A DNA stretch of 64,000 nucleotides from an uncultured Gammaproteobacteria bacterium. GTDB taxonomy: Bacteria; Pseudomonadota; Gammaproteobacteria; Pseudomonadales; Halieaceae. Every line of letters begins with the position of its first letter. Within the stretch, counting starts at the first letter, position 1. Made by a program: the position numbers and the translations under genes. The stretch lies in contig CAVPIH010000018.1 of the NCBI GenBank assembly GCA_963704965.1, positions 57,684 to 121,683 on the forward strand. The letters are read 5' to 3'. The notes under the pieces are model-generated. The model saw only the letters and a list, made by a program, of their open reading frames with translations, had not been told where the DNA came from and made no database searches. Below, in pieces: positions 18,434 to 27,511 of the stretch.

Positions 18434-19519
18434 ATGAAGCAGGGCTCCACGATCCTGGCCAGCGGCAACCTCGCCAGTCCCCGCCGCTTGATAGCGGGCA
18501 TACTGGGCCAGTTCGGCTTTCTCGGTATCGACGGGGATGCCGCCCGGGCCATCATCACCAGTGCCGGCCTGCCGGCGCGGGCCCTGCAGGAGCCGGATTT
18601 CCCGGTGTCGCTGCAACAGGAACTGGAAATCATAGCCGTGCTGGTGGCCCAATTGCCCGCGGGCACATCTCCCATCCGGCTGCTGTTCGGCGCGCTCCCC
18701 GACCTGGGTATAGACAACCTGGGGGTGGTGGGCATGGCCATGTGCCATGCCGGGACCGCCATCGATGCCCTGAAGGTGCCGCTCACCTACCCGGAGTTGA
18801 CCATGGGGCACTGCCGCATGCTGGTGCGGCGCCGGCAGGAAACGGCAGTGTTTGTCTTTCAAATGGACCGGCCGAGCTTGCCGGATGCTGACGATGCCCT
18901 CACGGACCGCCTGATGCAGTACTGCATGGTACTGGATCTCACCAGCTCGCTGCGCAATATCGAGGACATGCTCGGCTCCGATCGACTGCCTGTGGCGGTG
19001 ACTTTGCCCTACCCGGAGCCCGAGGACTGGGCCGCGGTTGCCCGGGACCTGCACTTCCCGGTGCAATTCTGCGCGGAGGAGGCCAGCTTCACCTACCCGG
19101 CAGCCCTCAATCGCGCGCCGCTGCCAAAAGCCAATCCCGTGATGCATGCCATGTACGTGTCCATTGCCGACAAGCTGTCCCTGATGCTGGCCGAGGAAGT
19201 GGGGCTGGCGGAGCGGGTAAGTCGCTGGTTGTGGGCGTATACACCCTCCTTGAGTCGGGGGGAAATCGCGGAGCTTATGGCGATGTCGGAGCGCAACCTC
19301 ACCCGCCAGCTGAGCGCGGCGGGCACCTCCTACTCCGAGTTGTTGGCCCGCGTGCAATCCGAGCGTGCCTGCAACCTGCTGCGCAACCGGGGACTGTCGG
19401 TGTCCCAGATCGGCTACCGGCTGGGATATGCCGAGCCGGCGGCCTTTACCCGGGCATTCACCCGCTGGACGGGGCAGTCGCCGCTCAAATGGCGCCAGGC
19501 GCACGGTGGCGCGGATTGA
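18434..19519 (+). CDS. AraC-family transcriptional regulator
   Basis: 361-aa ORF. The C-terminal AraC HTH is MSERNLTRQLSAAGTSYSELLARVQSERACNLLRNRGLSVSQIGYRLGYAEPAAFTRAFTRWTGQSP. It is divergent from the BVMO gene. Confidence 0.85.
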   Translation: MKQGSTILASGNLASPRRLIAGILGQFGFLGIDGDAARAIITSAGLPARALQEPDFPVSLQQELEIIAVLVAQLPAGTSPIRLLFGALPDLGIDNLGVVGMAMCHAGTAIDALKVPLTYPELTMGHCRMLVRRRQETAVFVFQMDRPSLPDADDALTDRLMQYCMVLDLTSSLRNIEDMLGSDRLPVAVTLPYPEPEDWAAVARDLHFPVQFCAEEASFTYPAALNRAPLPKANPVMHAMYVSIADKLSLMLAEEVGLAERVSRWLWAYTPSLSRGEIAELMAMSERNLTRQLSAAGTSYSELLARVQSERACNLLRNRGLSVSQIGYRLGYAEPAAFTRAFTRWTGQSPLKWRQAHGGAD

Positions 19520-19616
19520 CGGGTGGTCGCTGCCGCGCAGCTGCCGAGGAGGTCGTTTATAACACCCGCAAGTGTGCTATCGTCGCGGCTTTCCCGACCA
19601 TCAAAGGAGCACAACA

Positions 19617-19907
19617 ATGGCTTTAGGATTACTGGCAACCATCACCGTCCAGGAAGGCAAGAACGCTGAATTCGAGAAGGTGTTCATGGACCTGACCGCG
19701 CAGGTGCGCGCCAACGAACCGGGCAATATTTTTTATATCCTGCATCGCAGCAAGTCCAACCCGCAGGTGTACAAGGTGATGGAACAGTACGAGAGCGCCG
19801 AGGCACTCGAGGCGCACGGCAAGACCGACTACTTCCGCGAAGCCAACAAGGCGCTGGGCGCGCTGGTGGCCGCCGCGCCGGAGATCGAGGTGTTGGACAC
19901 CGTCTGA
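19617..19907 (+). CDS. Antibiotic-biosynthesis-monooxygenase (ABM) domain protein
   Basis: The ATG at 19617 follows AAAGGAG. The 96-aa product reads MALGLLATITVQEGKNAEFEKVF...YKVMEQYESAEALEAHGKTDYF, typical of the ABM ferredoxin-like fold. Confidence 0.75.
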   Translation: MALGLLATITVQEGKNAEFEKVFMDLTAQVRANEPGNIFYILHRSKSNPQVYKVMEQYESAEALEAHGKTDYFREANKALGALVAAAPEIEVLDTV

Positions 19908-19951
19908 ATGCCCGCCGATCCAGGCCGGCGGCGCGGCAGGGCGGGCGGTTC

Positions 19952-21022
19952 CTACAGCCCTTCGCGGGTGAGAATGATCTCGTCGGAACCGGCGGGTAGT
20001 GAAAAGCTCACGCCGTCCTGGCCAATGGTGTAGTTCGGGAAGATCTCCCCGGCACCATCCAGGTACAGGATATCCTGGCCGGGAAACACCAGCGGCGGCA
20101 CGATGTGGTAGTACAGCAGGTGGCCGACGCCGGCATCCCGGGCGGTCTCCGCGGCTTCAACAGGGCTGGCGTGGTAGGTCAGGATATCGTCGGTGATCTG
20201 CGCCATGATCGGGTTGCCGCTTTGCGCGGCGGCGGCGTGCATCATCCCCACCAGGTTCGGGGCCAGCGCCTCGTGCACCAGCAGGTCCACGCCCTGGGCG
20301 AATTTTTCGATATTGGCGAGCTTGACCGTGTCCCCGGTTATCAGCAGGGAGCGGTCCTTGTAAGTGAAGCGATAGCCCACCGCGGGCTCCACGGGGGAGT
20401 GGTCCACCGCCAGCGCCTCCACAGTCAGGTCGCCAGTGCTGTAAAGGGTGACCAGTTCCCCGGCGCCGGGCTTGGTGAAACTCTTCGCCACCATGCCGGC
20501 GCCGCTCAGCGGGGCCACGCTGTCGCCGTGGTGGGCGTGGCGATAGTCGGCATCGAAGGCGTAGGCGGTATTGAATCCGTCCACGACCTGCTGGACACCC
20601 TCCGGCCCGTAGACGGGCAGGGGGCTGGTGTGGGCGCCGCTGGCCCAGCGAATCGTGGCAGTCTCACCGAGGCCGTCGATATGATCGGAATGGAAGTGGG
20701 TGAGAAACACCGCCTCGATATCCGCCGGCTGGTATCCCATCCTGGAAATATTGCGCACGCCGTCTGTGCCGGCGTCCACCACGAACATCTGCTTCCCGGC
20801 CACTACCACCACGCAGGGGCCGGAGGCGTTGGGCGCCGGCATCGGGCCGCCGGCGCCACACAGGGCCAGGTGCAGTCCGTCCTCCAGGGTGTCGATCATG
20901 TTCGCGCCCATGCGGGCCTCCAGGCCCTTCTCCATAACCCTGGTGACTATGGTTGCGCGCTGGCTATAGGCCAGCAGCCCGATGGCAATTATCGCCAGGG
21001 CGATGAGGAGTGTTTTTTTCAT
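19952..21022 (-). CDS. MBL-fold metallo-hydrolase (RNase Z/arylsulfatase-like), membrane-anchored or secreted
   Basis: 356-aa ORF. The N-terminal hydrophobic segment is MKKTLLIALAIIAIGLLAY. The metal motif is FLTHFHSDHIDGL (HxHxDH), followed by a later HEAL...YHASP. Confidence 0.8.
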   Translation of the reverse strand: MKKTLLIALAIIAIGLLAYSQRATIVTRVMEKGLEARMGANMIDTLEDGLHLALCGAGGPMPAPNASGPCVVVVAGKQMFVVDAGTDGVRNISRMGYQPADIEAVFLTHFHSDHIDGLGETATIRWASGAHTSPLPVYGPEGVQQVVDGFNTAYAFDADYRHAHHGDSVAPLSGAGMVAKSFTKPGAGELVTLYSTGDLTVEALAVDHSPVEPAVGYRFTYKDRSLLITGDTVKLANIEKFAQGVDLLVHEALAPNLVGMMHAAAAQSGNPIMAQITDDILTYHASPVEAAETARDAGVGHLLYYHIVPPLVFPGQDILYLDGAGEIFPNYTIGQDGVSFSLPAGSDEIILTREGL

Positions 21023-21037
21023 TGCAGTTTCCAGTTA

Positions 21038-21056
21038 ATGGCACATATGATGCCAA
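21038..21056. promoter_or_regulatory. Candidate operator palindrome ATGGCA-N7-TGCCAA (site 3 of 4)
   Basis: The sequence is ATGGCACATATGATGCCAA, with one mismatch at the outermost arm position. It begins 16 nt upstream of the MBL-fold gene ATG, in the divergent region shared with the dehalogenase-like gene. Confidence 0.5.
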
Positions 21057-21245
21057 TACAGTAGCATTGCACGGGTCGGAAATATACGGGTAATGGGCAG
21101 GTCATCGGGCCCTTTTTGCGGAGCTGGTGCTTTTTTCCATTGATATGGCAACCTGCGTCTTGAGGTATTCGCCCATACCCGTTTAAGGTGATCCCGCGCA
21201 GGCGTTATCGCCGCCGCCAACATTCTCGACAAGGACTGAATTTTC

Positions 21246-22241
21246 GTGGAATTCAAACGCACACCCGAGGAAAGATTTGCCGAGCTTGCGGATTACTCCT
21301 TCGCTCCCCACTACCTGCAGGTGAGTGATACGGAGGGTGGGCAGCTGCGAATTCACTACCTGGACGAAGGTCCACCCACTGGCGACGTGGTGCTGTTGCT
21401 GCACGGCCAGCCTGCCTGGAGCTACCTCTATCGCCACATGATTCCGCTGCTGGTGGCGCGAGGCTTCCGTGTCCTGGCGCCCGACCTGGTGGGCTTCGGT
21501 CGTTCCGACAAGCCCACCCGGATGCAGGATTACACCTACGCACGACATATCACCTGGATGAGTGAGTGGCTCACCGCCCTGGACCTGAAGGGCATTACCG
21601 TGTTCTTCCAGGACTGGGGCAGCCTGATCGGGCTGCGCCTGGTGACGGCCTTCCCGGAACGCTTTGCCAGGGTGGTACTGGCCAATGGTGGTCTGCCCGC
21701 GGGCACCATCCCGGCGCAACACACGGACGCCCTGAAACAGGCCTACGAGACCCTGCCGGTGGTGCCGGCAAGGGAATTGAATGCGCGCTTTCGGGACCGC
21801 AGCGGCATTCCCGGCTTCCTGTACTGGCGCAAATTCTGCGCCGCCAGCCCCGACCTGGACATTGGCAGCCTGATGGCGGCGGTCTCGGCCAGGCCGCTGT
21901 CAGCCGCGGAAATAGCCGCCTACTCGGCGCCCTTTCCCGACCAGAGCTATATGGCGGGGGCGCGCCAGTTCCCCAGCCTGGTGCCGGTGTTTCACGATGA
22001 ACCGGAAGTGGAGGAGAACAAGGCGGCCTGGGAAGTGCTGCGCCGCTTTGACAAGCCGTTCATGCTGGCATTTGCGGACGGCGATCCGGTGACGGCTGGC
22101 GGCGACAAGAAATTTATCGCCGAAGTGCCCGGCTGCGAGGGCATTGCCCACCGCACAATCAAGGACGCAGGCCACTTCCTGCAACAGGACCAGCCCGGGC
22201 AATGCGTACAGGCGATCCTGGACATCTGCGGCCGGGCTTGA
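21246..22241 (+). CDS. Haloalkane-dehalogenase-like alpha/beta hydrolase (HLD-I-like)
   Basis: 331-aa ORF with a GTG start. Motifs are RIHYLDEGP, LLLHGQPAWSYLYRHMIP, DLVGFGRSDKP, the nucleophile motif FFQDWGSLIGL (Asp) and a C-terminal DAGHFLQQDQP (His). Confidence 0.75.
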   Translation: MEFKRTPEERFAELADYSFAPHYLQVSDTEGGQLRIHYLDEGPPTGDVVLLLHGQPAWSYLYRHMIPLLVARGFRVLAPDLVGFGRSDKPTRMQDYTYARHITWMSEWLTALDLKGITVFFQDWGSLIGLRLVTAFPERFARVVLANGGLPAGTIPAQHTDALKQAYETLPVVPARELNARFRDRSGIPGFLYWRKFCAASPDLDIGSLMAAVSARPLSAAEIAAYSAPFPDQSYMAGARQFPSLVPVFHDEPEVEENKAAWEVLRRFDKPFMLAFADGDPVTAGGDKKFIAEVPGCEGIAHRTIKDAGHFLQQDQPGQCVQAILDICGRA

Positions 22242-22284
22242 ATGGCACAGGCCGACAACTGAACTTCGATGCGGAGGTGCGCGC

Positions 22285-23328
22285 GTGTTAACAGACGACT
22301 GTATTCGACTGGTGGGTAATACCGGCTCGCCCTATACACAGAAAATGGTGGCGCTGCTGCGCTACCGGCGGGTGCCCTATGCCATTACCTGGGGCGAACC
22401 GGGCGCGGTCTGCGATGCCCTGGGGGTGCAAAGGCCCAGGCCGGTTTTCATGCCCACTTTTTTCTTCCCTGGTGACGGTGGTGAAATGCAGGCGGTGTGC
22501 GACTCCACCCCGATCATTCGCCGCCTCGAGGAAATGTATCCGGAACGTTCCGTCCTGCCCGGGGACCCGGCCCTGGCCTTCATCGACTACCTGATAGAGG
22601 ACTTCGCCGACGAGTGGTGCACCAAGTACATGTTTCACTACCGCTGGTACCCCGCGCAGGATGCCGACAACGCGGGCACGCTGCTGCCACTGGGCCTGGA
22701 TGTGAGCATGCCCGCTGAGCAGTTGCAGGAAGCCAAACACTGGTTTTCCCAGCGCCAGATCGGGCGCCTCTACGTGGTGGGATCCAACGACACCACCGCA
22801 CCGGTGATCGATGCCAGCTACCGGCGTTTCCTGGCTGCCATGGAGAGCCACCTGGCCAGCCAGAAGTTCACGCTGGGCGGCCGCCCCGGGGCGGGTGATT
22901 TCGGCCTGCACGGCCAGCTGACCCAACTGGTGGGATTCGACCCCACGCCGCGGGCCATCGCCCACGAGGTTTCGCCCCGCACGGTCGCCTGGGTCGATCG
23001 CATGCGGGACCAGAGCGGCCTGGAACCGCAGGACAGCGACTGGGTGGCGCTGGAAGACCAGCCGGACAGCCTGCGCGGGCTGCTCACGGAAATTGGCCGG
23101 GTCTACGCGCCCGCGCAGCTTGCCAACGCCAGGGCGGTACAGGCGGGGGAGAAAACCTGGGAGTGCGAGATCGACGGTGCCACCTGGACCCAGCAGACCT
23201 TCCCCTACCAGGCCAAGTGCCTGCGGTGGACCAACGAACGCTACCGGGCGCTGGGCGCGCAGGATCGTGCCCGTGTGGACGCACTGCTCGCGGGCACGGG
23301 CACAGAGGATATGTTGTTGCAGTCCTGA
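22285..23328 (+). CDS. Long GST-like protein with a C-terminal extension (paralog 3 of 3)
   Basis: The GTG at 22285 gives VLTDDCIRLVGNTGSPYTQKMVALLRYRRVPY, the same SPY..K motif as paralog 1. GGRPGAGDFGLHGQL looks like GST_C. The tail is YRALGAQDRARVDALLAGT. The longer track ORF from 22144 overlaps the previous gene. Confidence 0.7.
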   Translation: MLTDDCIRLVGNTGSPYTQKMVALLRYRRVPYAITWGEPGAVCDALGVQRPRPVFMPTFFFPGDGGEMQAVCDSTPIIRRLEEMYPERSVLPGDPALAFIDYLIEDFADEWCTKYMFHYRWYPAQDADNAGTLLPLGLDVSMPAEQLQEAKHWFSQRQIGRLYVVGSNDTTAPVIDASYRRFLAAMESHLASQKFTLGGRPGAGDFGLHGQLTQLVGFDPTPRAIAHEVSPRTVAWVDRMRDQSGLEPQDSDWVALEDQPDSLRGLLTEIGRVYAPAQLANARAVQAGEKTWECEIDGATWTQQTFPYQAKCLRWTNERYRALGAQDRARVDALLAGTGTEDMLLQS

Positions 23329-23337
23329 AGCGGCATA

Positions 23338-23355
23338 CACCGGTCATGACCGGTG
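23338..23355. terminator. Perfect 18-nt palindrome CACCGGTCATGACCGGTG (possible terminator hairpin or binding site)
   Basis: It begins 10 nt after the stop of GST-like paralog 3. It could form a 7-bp stem with a 4-nt loop. No U-tract follows, so an intrinsic-terminator call is weak. Confidence 0.35.
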
Positions 23356-23616
23356 CCGGCCCCTCAGGCTGACCAGTGGGGCATCGTTCGCCGGGCGTCT
23401 TGAAATTTTTTTGCCAGTCCTTATCTTTCCCTCAGTCACTCGTCACGAAACTTGTTTAGCGGGAACCGCCCTGCCATTGAGGAACAGAAAAACAATATCT
23501 GTCGCGATTGGGATTTCTACCGCCAGGGCGCGTCCCCCTCCCTGCTGACTTCCTGAAAGGAACGTCAGCGCGCCCCGGGCGTTGTCCAGGGGCTCTTGTC
23601 TTGTCAGGAGGGTCAG

Positions 23617-24603
23617 ATGCTGGAGGTCAGCCAGTTAACACGCAGCTACGGCGAATTCGTCGCCGTGGACCAGGTCAGTTTCGCCATCGGTCGAGGGGAA
23701 ATCGTCGGCCTGCTGGGGCACAACGGTGCCGGCAAAACCACGATCATGAAAATGCTCAGTGGCTACCTGGAGCCCGATCAGGGCGCTATCTCTATTGCCG
23801 GGCTGGACCTGGCGGCGCATACCAAGGAGGCCCAGCGCCAGTTGGGATACCTGCCCGAGAATCTGCCCGTGTACCCGGAAATGGTGGTGGCGGACTACCT
23901 CGAGTTCGCCGCCCGTCTCAAGGGCCTGCGGGGCAGCGCCGGGCGCGCGGAGATCCGGCGCGTGGTGCGCGCCACCGATCTGGGCGCGCGGCTGTTGTCG
24001 CCCATCGCCACCCTGTCCAGGGGCCTGAAGCAGCGGGTCGGGGTCGCCCAGGCGATCCTGGGCAAGCCCGGCCTGCTCATCCTGGACGAACCCACCAACG
24101 GCCTGGATCCGACCCAGACCGGACACATGCGCGGGCTGATCCGCGAGCTGGCCAACGAGGCCACTGTCATCCTGTCCACCCACATCATGCAGGAAGTGGA
24201 CGCCCTGTGCGATCGCGTGCTCATATTGCGCGCCGGGCAGTTGTCGGTGGACGCCCGGCTGGAAGCCCTGCGGCGCAGCAATCGCGTCCTGCTGGCCACC
24301 ACGCTGGCCCCCGACGATGCCCTCGACGCCCTGGCGGCGGTGCAGGGGGTGGCGGCGGTCACCCGCCAGGAGGGTGCGGGGCAGGGCGCCGCCCATCGCT
24401 ACCAGTTGGAGCTGGACGGGCAGGGCGACCGGCAGTTGATCTGCGGCCAGCTGGCGCGGGCGGTGCTGGATACCGGGGCCGAACTGTTCACCCTGCAGGT
24501 GGAGCATCGCGACCTGGAAACCCTGTTCAGGGAAGTCAGCGAGGCGCCCCTGAGCACCCTGCCTGGCGCTGCGGAGCAGCGGGAGGTGGCCGATGCCGCG
24601 TGA
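23617..24603 (+). CDS. ABC transporter ATP-binding protein (ABC-2/GldA-like)
   Basis: The ATG at 23617 follows AGGAGG. Walker A is GLLGHNGAGKTT, the signature is LSRGLKQRVGVAQA and Walker B is LLILDEPTNGLD. The stop overlaps the next start by 11 nt. Confidence 0.9.
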   Translation: MLEVSQLTRSYGEFVAVDQVSFAIGRGEIVGLLGHNGAGKTTIMKMLSGYLEPDQGAISIAGLDLAAHTKEAQRQLGYLPENLPVYPEMVVADYLEFAARLKGLRGSAGRAEIRRVVRATDLGARLLSPIATLSRGLKQRVGVAQAILGKPGLLILDEPTNGLDPTQTGHMRGLIRELANEATVILSTHIMQEVDALCDRVLILRAGQLSVDARLEALRRSNRVLLATTLAPDDALDALAAVQGVAAVTRQEGAGQGAAHRYQLELDGQGDRQLICGQLARAVLDTGAELFTLQVEHRDLETLFREVSEAPLSTLPGAAEQREVADAA

Positions 24604-27502
24604 TAACCGGGCCGGAGCTACCGTGCTGCGTATTGCCGCCAAGGAAACCGCCATCTTTTTTGCCTCGCCGGTCGCCTACCTGTTTCTGGCGACCTTCGCG
24701 GCGGTGACCCTGTTCGTGTTCTTCTGGGGCGAGGCCTTCTTTGCCCGCAACATCGCCGATGTGCGGCCGCTGTTCGAGTGGATGCCCATCCTCCTGATAT
24801 TCCTGGCCAGCGCGCTGACGATGCGCATGTGGAGCGAGGAGCGCCGCTCCGGCACCCTGGAATACGTGCACGCCCAACCCGTGCCGCTGTGGCACTTTAT
24901 CGTCGGCAAGTTCCTCGCCTGCCTGGGCCTGCTGCTGGCGGCGCTGCTGATCACGCTGCCGCTGCCGGTCACCGTGGCGCTGCTGGGGGACCTGGACTGG
25001 GGGCCAGTGGGCGCCGGTTACCTGGCGACTTTCCTGCTGGGCGCGGCCTACCTCAGCATGGGCCTGTTCGTGTCGGCGCGCAGTGACAACCAGATCGTCA
25101 GCCTGATCAGCGCCGCGGCACTGTGTGGGGTGTTCTACCTGCTGGGCACCGGCACCATCACCGATTTTTTCGGAGTCCAGGCCGCGCAGTGGTTGCGACA
25201 GTTGGGTACCGGGGCGCGCTTCGAGTCCATCACCCGGGGGGTTATCGACCTGCGCGACCTTTACTATTACCTGAGCCTGGTGGCGGTGTTCCTGGTACTC
25301 AACGCCCTGGTGCTGGAACGGGAGCGCTGGTCAGGGGCGGCCAGCGCCGGCGGCCATGGCGGGGTGCGCCTGCTGGCCGGGCTGCTGATCGCCAACGCGC
25401 TGGCGGGTAACCTGTGGCTGGGCCAGCTCAAGGGCCTGCGGGTGGACGTTACCGAGGGGCGGCTGTACTCCATTTCGGATGCCACCGGGAACTACCTGCG
25501 CCAGCTCCGGGAACCGCTGTTGATCCGCGGTTATTTCAGCGCCCGCACCCATCCCCTGCTCGCCCCCCTGGTGCCGCAGCTGGAGGATCTGCTGAAAGAG
25601 TACGAGATAGCCGGTGGCGGCAAACTGCGCCTGGAAATCATCGACCCGGCGCAGTGGCCCGAGCTTGAAGAGGAGGCCAATCGGCAGTTCGATATTCGCC
25701 CGGTGCCCTTCCAGGTGGCGGATCGCTACCAGGCATCCATTGTGAGTTCCTACTTCAATATCCTGGTGCAATACGGCGACGAGTCCGAGGTGCTGGGCTT
25801 CCAGGACCTGGTGGAGATCCGCGCCGGCAGCGATGCCGGCGCGGAAGTGCAGTTGCGCAACCCGGAGCACGATATTACCCGGGCCATCAGGAAGGTGCTG
25901 AACAGCTACCAGGCCGGGGGCAACCTGTTCGAAACGGTTACCGGTGACTTGCAGGTCACCGCCTATGTGTCGCCCCGTGACCGGCTGCCGGAGAACCTCG
26001 CCAGCTTCCGGGATACGGTGGAGCAGGTACTGCAGGAGTATGCGGCCTCGGCCGAGGGCAGGCTGAAAGCGGAATTTGTCGACCCGGACGCCGGCGACGG
26101 CGCGCTGCGGGAGCAGCTGTTCGAAGACTTCGGTTTCCAGCCCATGACGACCAGCCTGCTGGACGACGACGCGTTTTTCTTTTACCTCACCGTGGCCAGC
26201 GACGACCTGGTCGTGCAGTTGCCCCTGGGCGATCTGACGGAAGCCGGTTTCAGGCGCAATCTCGAGGCCGGGATCAAGCGCTTTGCCCGCGGCTTTACCC
26301 GCACCGTCGCCGTGGTGAAGCCGCTGGCAGATCCCATGTACACCCAGTACGGCCTGGCGGACAACGGCTTTACCCTGCTGCGTGAATTCCTGGGCTCGGA
26401 ATTGAATATTGTCGAGGAGGATCTCACCGACGGTGCCGTGGCCGGGGAGGCCGATCTGCTGCTGTTGCTGGCACCGCAGGTCAACAATGACCGGGAGCTG
26501 TTCGCCATCGACCAGTTCCTGATGCAGGGTGGCACTGTCATCCTCGCCAGCTCCCCTTTCAATATGCAGTTTGTCGGCCGCAGCATGCACATGCAGCACC
26601 ATGACAGCGGCCTGGGTGACTGGCTGGCGCACCACGGCCTGCGGGTGGGCGAGCAACTGGTGATGGACACGCAAAACGCTCCCTTCCCGCTGCCGGTGAC
26701 CCGCGATGTCGGCGGTTTCCAGGTGCAGGAAGTGCGCATGTTCGATTACCCCTACTTTATTGATGTGCGCGGGGCGGGACTGAACCCCGACAACCCCATC
26801 ACGGCGGACCTGCCCCAGGTGAGTATCGCCTGGGCCTCGCCCATCACCCTGGATGAAGCCGCCGGCCAGCAGCGCCGGCTCACACAGTTGCTGCGCAGTT
26901 CGCCGCACAGCTGGTTGTCCGACGCCAGGGACGTGACCCCGGGGCTGGCAGCGGAAGAGATCGAGGCGATGAGCCCCCGCGGTGAGCAGGAATCCCATTT
27001 ACTGGGCGTTATCAGCGAGGGCCGCTTCGATTCCTGGTTCGCCGGCCGGACCTCGCCCCTGCTGGCTGCGGCGGAGGTCGCCGCTGAAGCGAGCGATGAG
27101 GCGGTCGAGGCGGGCCCTGCAGCGAGCGCGGCAACCGACACCGGGTCTGTCGGGGGCGTGATCGAGCGCTCGCCGGAATCGGCGCGCATTGTCCTGTTCA
27201 GCTCCAACGATTTTCTCAAGGACAGCGTGATCGGCATGGCCGGCGTGGCAGTGGGGAGTGAGTACCTCAACTCCCTGCAGCTGATGGCGAACGCCGTCGA
27301 CTGGTCGCTTGAAGACCAGGGGCTGCTGGGCATTCGCTCCCGCGGGCATTTCAATCGCACCCTGCCGGCCATGGATCACAGCGAGCAGAGCTTCTGGGAG
27401 TACCTCAACTACGGACTGGCACTGGCGGCACTGGGCCTGATAGCGCTGCTGTGGCAGTTGCGCCAGCGCCAGCGGCGGCGCGCGTTTCTCGAGTACGCAT
27501 AG
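24593..27502 (+). CDS. Fusion of an ABC-2 permease (GldF-like) with a GldG-like auxiliary domain
   Basis: 969-aa ORF. The first ~250 aa carry multiple TM helices (ABC-2 type, WSEERRSGTLEY). The rest resembles the GldG / ABC-type uncharacterised transport system domain (RVDVTEGRLYSIS...LIRGYFS...). It ends in a C-terminal TM anchor plus a basic tail (LIALLWQLRQRQRRR). Confidence 0.75.
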   Translation: MPRDNRAGATVLRIAAKETAIFFASPVAYLFLATFAAVTLFVFFWGEAFFARNIADVRPLFEWMPILLIFLASALTMRMWSEERRSGTLEYVHAQPVPLWHFIVGKFLACLGLLLAALLITLPLPVTVALLGDLDWGPVGAGYLATFLLGAAYLSMGLFVSARSDNQIVSLISAAALCGVFYLLGTGTITDFFGVQAAQWLRQLGTGARFESITRGVIDLRDLYYYLSLVAVFLVLNALVLERERWSGAASAGGHGGVRLLAGLLIANALAGNLWLGQLKGLRVDVTEGRLYSISDATGNYLRQLREPLLIRGYFSARTHPLLAPLVPQLEDLLKEYEIAGGGKLRLEIIDPAQWPELEEEANRQFDIRPVPFQVADRYQASIVSSYFNILVQYGDESEVLGFQDLVEIRAGSDAGAEVQLRNPEHDITRAIRKVLNSYQAGGNLFETVTGDLQVTAYVSPRDRLPENLASFRDTVEQVLQEYAASAEGRLKAEFVDPDAGDGALREQLFEDFGFQPMTTSLLDDDAFFFYLTVASDDLVVQLPLGDLTEAGFRRNLEAGIKRFARGFTRTVAVVKPLADPMYTQYGLADNGFTLLREFLGSELNIVEEDLTDGAVAGEADLLLLLAPQVNNDRELFAIDQFLMQGGTVILASSPFNMQFVGRSMHMQHHDSGLGDWLAHHGLRVGEQLVMDTQNAPFPLPVTRDVGGFQVQEVRMFDYPYFIDVRGAGLNPDNPITADLPQVSIAWASPITLDEAAGQQRRLTQLLRSSPHSWLSDARDVTPGLAAEEIEAMSPRGEQESHLLGVISEGRFDSWFAGRTSPLLAAAEVAAEASDEAVEAGPAASAATDTGSVGGVIERSPESARIVLFSSNDFLKDSVIGMAGVAVGSEYLNSLQLMANAVDWSLEDQGLLGIRSRGHFNRTLPAMDHSEQSFWEYLNYGLALAALGLIALLWQLRQRQRRRAFLEYA

Positions 27503-27511
27503 GGGGATCGT

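Noticed and set aside
19912-19931. A possible bidirectional terminator hairpin (CCGCCG-N8-CGGCGG) between the ABM gene and the MBL-fold gene
   Set aside because: The stem is only 6 bp with an 8-nt loop and no U-tract on either strand. In DNA this GC-rich, such pairings arise by chance.
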